A stretch of 49,171 nucleotides of DNA, taken from contig CAYMQP010000003.1 in assembly GCA_964392505.1 (NCBI GenBank), positions 1 to 49,171 of the forward strand, read 5' to 3'. The translations under genes were made by a program, and so were the position numbers. Origin of the DNA: an uncultured Bacteroidales bacterium. GTDB taxonomy: Bacteria > Bacteroidota > Bacteroidia > Bacteroidales > UBA10428. Under the pieces are notes generated by a model. The model was not told where the DNA came from. It made no database searches and was given only the letters and a program-made list of their open reading frames with translations. The first letter of the stretch is position 1, and the number at the start of each line of letters is the position of its first letter. Shown here in pieces: positions 45,175 through 49,171 of the stretch.

Positions 45175-46386
45175 TCAGGCATTATCTACTTCAACTGCTT
45201 CCAGCAACCGATTATAAAAATCGGGGATGGCACTTATAACACGTTTCCAACTGGGAATGGTCGGAACCTGCATAGGATTATCGAGAAACATTTCACCTGC
45301 CCTGTAAACATTAGTAGTAAACAGATCAATGGCCTCCTCCTCTCTGTGCCTGTCGAGATTGAGCCCGTTTAATATCGCATCAGAATAATACTGATCGAGT
45401 ATATCGAGTGCAATACGATAATAGGTTGCTTTGATCGAGCGTATAAGCCCTCTTGAAAATACAATTCCATTGGTAGCTAGCTTGGCAAAAATAGCTCTTG
45501 AGATTTCGGTACTCATTTTAGATAATCCGGCGTTCGGATCATCCTCTGAAAGCACCTGATGCTTGTGATCATATCTGTCGGCAATATCAACCTGGCAAAT
45601 ACGTCCTATTGCATTTGTTCTAATTACTTCAGACAAGATACCAATTTCCAGACTCCAGTCGCTAGGAATACGGATGGTTTTGGTTACATCGGCTCGCATA
45701 CTGAATTCGCCTGCCAGAGGATAACGAAAACTGTCGAGATAATCAAGAAAGTAATCATTCCCAAAAAACTTCTTTAATGTGCGAAGTAAAGGAGTAACAA
45801 GCAATCGTACTACTCTCCCGTTTAACTTTTCATCATCGGCTCGAAAATAATAACCTTTGCAAAATTTAAAATTGAATGTTGGATCAACCACAGGATAAAA
45901 TAACCTTGCCAGCATATGGCGCGAATAGGTTAGAATATCACAATCGTGCAGAGCTACTGCCTCAGAACGATCGGAAGCATTAAAATATCCAAAACAATAC
46001 CATGCGTTTCTTCCTTTTCCCATCTCGCGTGGAGCAATATTTCGATCGATAAGTAACTTATCAAGCGCTCTCATTCGGGGTCCGTCGTTCCATAATATCC
46101 TGTAATGCTGGTTAAGACGTCCGAAGTACTTTTTTGCATGTTCAAACTCCTCCTTATTTGCCTTATCTAATCCTATTATTATTTCCTGCAAATAAGGTAC
46201 TTTCATTAATTCATTAATAATATTTTCTAATGCAGGACCTTCCAACTCAGAATATAAGCAGGGAAGAATAAGTGTCATAGGTCTGTTTTTAGAGAAATAC
46301 AGAAGTTTTTCTTCCAATTCCTCATAAGGTCTTTTGCGTAAGTTATGAAGTGTAGTTACTACTCCATTTTGATAAAAATCGCCCAT
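45175..46386 (-). CDS. Retaining glycosyltransferase resembling glucosyl-3-phosphoglycerate synthase (GpgS-like)
   Basis: The N-terminus MGDFYQNGVVTTLHNL resembles the start I recall for GpgS-type enzymes. HDCDI is a DxD-type motif. The context (phosphorylase, HAD phosphatase, glycerate kinase) supports the call. The family assignment is unverified. Confidence 0.5.
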   Translation of the reverse strand: MGDFYQNGVVTTLHNLRKRPYEELEEKLLYFSKNRPMTLILPCLYSELEGPALENIINELMKVPYLQEIIIGLDKANKEEFEHAKKYFGRLNQHYRILWNDGPRMRALDKLLIDRNIAPREMGKGRNAWYCFGYFNASDRSEAVALHDCDILTYSRHMLARLFYPVVDPTFNFKFCKGYYFRADDEKLNGRVVRLLVTPLLRTLKKFFGNDYFLDYLDSFRYPLAGEFSMRADVTKTIRIPSDWSLEIGILSEVIRTNAIGRICQVDIADRYDHKHQVLSEDDPNAGLSKMSTEISRAIFAKLATNGIVFSRGLIRSIKATYYRIALDILDQYYSDAILNGLNLDRHREEEAIDLFTTNVYRAGEMFLDNPMQVPTIPSWKRVISAIPDFYNRLLEAVEVDNA

Positions 46387-46420
46387 TTGATTGGATTATG
46401 AAGTTTGACATTAATTGGAT

Positions 46421-47878
46421 TTATTCCACATTTAATATCCTTGTAAACATTTTAATTACAAGTGGTTTAAGTTTCTCGGAAATAATTCTGTGATCGAGTT
46501 TTTCTTTCAGCACTCCCAGGTTATGACGTACGATTTTATTTCTTACCTTATAGTTGGTCAGAATTTCATATGCCTTATTCACAACATCATCAGTCAGTTG
46601 GCAGTTTTCAATAGTTGGAAATTTAAAACCCAACCCTTCAATATCGGATCGGAATACTTCGTACTTATTTATAACCACAGGCAGACCGAATGAAACCATT
46701 TCGAGCAAATTATTGCCAAAACCTTCAATCTCGCTGAAATAGGTCCCTAAGCCACCTAAAGATGCTATTATGGCTGGTATTTCATAAAAATTATAGTATT
46801 TCTTATCGACAATAATATCGCGATGACTTAATATTCGGCTCTCACCAAAAATCATAATAACATCCGATTTGGAATTTTCACTCAATTTCTTCTCGTAATA
46901 GTCGCTAAGGAACTTCTTATACTCAACCTGTTCATCACCAGAATGCCCACTAATAAGCAATACAATACATTTTCTCTTTCCTTTCTTTTTAAAGCGCTTT
47001 TCCAGTTTAAATGCAAAATCGATAGCAATTTCAATCTTCTTTCGGGGTACAATCCTGGTATGCTGTAATAATATTATCGTTCCATCAAGAGCAAAACCTC
47101 GCTTTTCAATTTCACTAAGTAATCCTATATCCCGAAGAAAAGTATCGTTGTAATTATCGAGTGGAGGTGCTATCAGGTGGTCATCGTTCCAGGGTAATTC
47201 TTCCCATTCCCAATCGATACTGCTGGTATTGGGTACAACAATAACACGATTTTCGAAAAACCTATCGATTTGAGAATAATTTAGTTGGCTAAAAAGTTTC
47301 CTAGCAATTGCAGGTTGCGATTTATTAACAAATGCAATTCCATCAATTTCGATTCCTGGCAAATATTTAAGGTATTTTTTAATAACTGGATTAGGATTGT
47401 TGAATTGTACCCTTTCGAAAAAGGAATCGTGCCACCATACCATAATTTTTGGCCATATGATACCTTTATCTCTTAATTCTTCAATGAAATAACCCAGCCC
47501 AACTGCAGTAATAAAGTTAAACGGATGTGAAGTATTATGTGCAATAAGCAGATCGATACTATGCTTATTAACAAATTGTTTGATTATATCCTTTGCATAA
47601 AGAGCTTTCTCATGAATAAGCTCATCAAATCCTTCGGGTGGATTGTTACTGAAATTCCTCAATATAGCTTTATGAATATCATTTTTATGCCAGAAAATAT
47701 CGTTGGTTTCGGCATTGAAACGAGGTGAAGTATGCGCTGCCAGAAAAAAAATATTTCCTAATCCGATCTTCATATCATCTACCATAGCATGCACGGTTTG
47801 ATCAATTACAATAGAAACACCATCATTCTTCCCGATAAGTGAATGAATAATACCAATATTCAAATGCGAAATATTCAT
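46421..47878 (-). CDS. GT-B fold glycosyltransferase (GT4-like)
   Basis: The C-terminal YFSEIEGFGNNLLEMVSFGLPVVINKY is the E-x7-E type GT4 motif. ATGA coupling with the upstream HAD gene. Confidence 0.65.
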   Translation of the reverse strand: MNISHLNIGIIHSLIGKNDGVSIVIDQTVHAMVDDMKIGLGNIFFLAAHTSPRFNAETNDIFWHKNDIHKAILRNFSNNPPEGFDELIHEKALYAKDIIKQFVNKHSIDLLIAHNTSHPFNFITAVGLGYFIEELRDKGIIWPKIMVWWHDSFFERVQFNNPNPVIKKYLKYLPGIEIDGIAFVNKSQPAIARKLFSQLNYSQIDRFFENRVIVVPNTSSIDWEWEELPWNDDHLIAPPLDNYNDTFLRDIGLLSEIEKRGFALDGTIILLQHTRIVPRKKIEIAIDFAFKLEKRFKKKGKRKCIVLLISGHSGDEQVEYKKFLSDYYEKKLSENSKSDVIMIFGESRILSHRDIIVDKKYYNFYEIPAIIASLGGLGTYFSEIEGFGNNLLEMVSFGLPVVINKYEVFRSDIEGLGFKFPTIENCQLTDDVVNKAYEILTNYKVRNKIVRHNLGVLKEKLDHRIISEKLKPLVIKMFTRILNVE

Positions 47879-48786
47879 GCGATAATATTTAATATCTGTT
47901 CTATTTCGGTAATAATATAATCAGGTCGCAGATCTTTTGTCCTCTCATCCTCTTCATGCATCCGTAACGAACGTTTATCACCCGCAAACAGCACTGCCTT
48001 AAATCCAACCTGTTTACTAGCATAAATATCTTTCAACATATCGTTACCAATAAATAAAACTTCGGATGGAATAATTCCATACTTCCATTTAAGAGTAGGA
48101 ACCAGTTCTTCAAATAAGGTATGATCTGGCTTACCTTTTCCGAATTTATATGAAAAAACCGTCAAATCCTGATCAAAGCCTTTGACTTTTTCGTTCATAC
48201 TGATAACATCGTTCAAATAATAGTTCATAAGCACCGGTGTATAAAACTGTGCATTTGATACCATTCCAAGCGGTAAATTTATTTTGTGAAGTTTTGCAAT
48301 AGTATTCTTTAATCCGGGCATAGGATACACCTGGTTACTTAAAAACTCAAAAACACAGGTCATGAGCATGATATCGACATCGTCGGTAAACTGTATTAAG
48401 CCCTTTCTTCTTGAATGAATCAGTACAATTTTCCATATACTCAAAATATCAATTTCAGGATAGGGAACCTGGTTCATTCTTGCTGCCTCATGGCAGATCC
48501 TAATAGTATATTTAAAATCATTAAGAACGCTGTCAAGCACATTCTGTACACCATCAATTATTTTTATTCCTGCAGCATTAAGTGCGGTTTTAAGGTTTTT
48601 ATCGGATATTTCGGCCTGATCAACATCGCCTGAAGAGGAAATTAACATAGTTCCATATACATCGAATATAACCGCCCTTATTGCTCCATCTTTCTGAAAG
48701 CTTGGTCTAACGCCGGTTGGTAAAGGATCCATCGGGTCCAGATTATCGAGTAATTTTTTGATATATTGTTTCGAGTCGCTTTGCAT
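47875..48786 (-). CDS. HAD-superfamily hydrolase (candidate sugar-phosphoglycerate phosphatase)
   Basis: Motif I AVIFDVYGTML, motif II GMVSNA, motif III/IV KGKPD...FIGNDMLKDI. An alternative start at 48732 would remove the 44-nt overlap with the upstream gene. Confidence 0.75.
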   Translation of the reverse strand: MQSDSKQYIKKLLDNLDPMDPLPTGVRPSFQKDGAIRAVIFDVYGTMLISSSGDVDQAEISDKNLKTALNAAGIKIIDGVQNVLDSVLNDFKYTIRICHEAARMNQVPYPEIDILSIWKIVLIHSRRKGLIQFTDDVDIMLMTCVFEFLSNQVYPMPGLKNTIAKLHKINLPLGMVSNAQFYTPVLMNYYLNDVISMNEKVKGFDQDLTVFSYKFGKGKPDHTLFEELVPTLKWKYGIIPSEVLFIGNDMLKDIYASKQVGFKAVLFAGDKRSLRMHEEDERTKDLRPDYIITEIEQILNIIA

Positions 48787-49171
48787 AATTTTCCAATGAA
48801 AATTCCTGTAATATAATGGCCTTATTCTTATCTATCAAATTTTGATCAACTGAATTTAGTAATTTCCCGAGAAATTTGTTTTGCGAAAATAACTCTTTAC
48901 TCATCAGGGGATGTGCAATCAGGTCAGAAATATACTGCATTTGTTCAGAAGCTTGAAGTGTTGCAAAATCTGTTTCCTTACCATTCCAAACAACGTTTAT
49001 TGAATCGTAAAGTAGCGGAAATACAACACCTGCATGTCGAAGGTCGGGAGTGATATTATTCAAGTTTCGTCCGATAACGGGAGTACCTAACAACCAAGGT
49101 TCCAGGTACACCATACCAAAACCTTCCATAATACTGGTTGTAAAACAATAATCACTAACCCTGATTAAGGA
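48743..49171 (-). CDS. C-terminal part of a GT4-type glycosyltransferase (the N-terminus lies beyond the window)
   Basis: EGFGMVYLEPWLLGTPVIGRN is the GT4 EX7E region. The reading frame stays open to the window edge. Confidence 0.7.
   Translation of the reverse strand, partial: SLIRVSDYCFTTSIMEGFGMVYLEPWLLGTPVIGRNLNNITPDLRHAGVVFPLLYDSINVVWNGKETDFATLQASEQMQYISDLIAHPLMSKELFSQNKFLGKLLNSVDQNLIDKNKAIILQEFSLENYAKRLETIYQKITR

Overview
This is an AT-rich window, roughly 28-45% GC on hand-counted 60-nt lines. Its regulatory signals look Bacteroidota-like: almost no Shine-Dalgarno sites, A-rich leaders and a TAnnTTTG box. About 1.1-31.2 kb is one co-directional, tightly coupled locus (many ATGA/TAATG overlaps) for an extracellular contractile injection system (eCIS, a phage-tail-like particle). 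In order it encodes a PAS-LuxR regulator, sheath, tube, a Zn-ribbon accessory protein, a Lys/Asn-rich putative tape measure, a DUF4255 cap and an AAA+ ATPase. Next come a small ORF, three tandem DUF4157 (HExxH) cargo or toxin candidates, a second tube-like protein and a LysM-like protein. The baseplate set follows: gpD-like hub, gp5/VgrG-like spike, PAAR-like tip, and gp25-, gpJ- and gpI-like wedge proteins. Three large distal proteins of unclear role close the locus. A glycosyltransferase/methyltransferase cluster (31.4-36.6 kb), an orphan peptidoglycan-binding domain, a terminator and about 0.8 kb of non-coding DNA separate it from an initiator-type tRNA-Met on the minus strand. The right third looks like ordinary chromosome: a YugP-type Zn peptidase, an S15 peptidase, glycerate kinase, two YfiR/DUF4154 paralogues, and a minus-strand cluster resembling glucosylglycerate-type compatible-solute metabolism. 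The most interesting signals are four. (1) The DUF4157 array has a polymorphic-toxin architecture. (2) An in-frame jump to about 52-62% GC begins just after a conserved IQRK motif in the first DUF4157 gene. (3) SPP-type Ser/Pro inserts recur in five different structural proteins, next to cytoplasmic GT/MT fusion enzymes. (4) No recognisable tail fibre is present; an unusual distal module takes its place. All family assignments rest on motif recognition by eye, and no searches were run.
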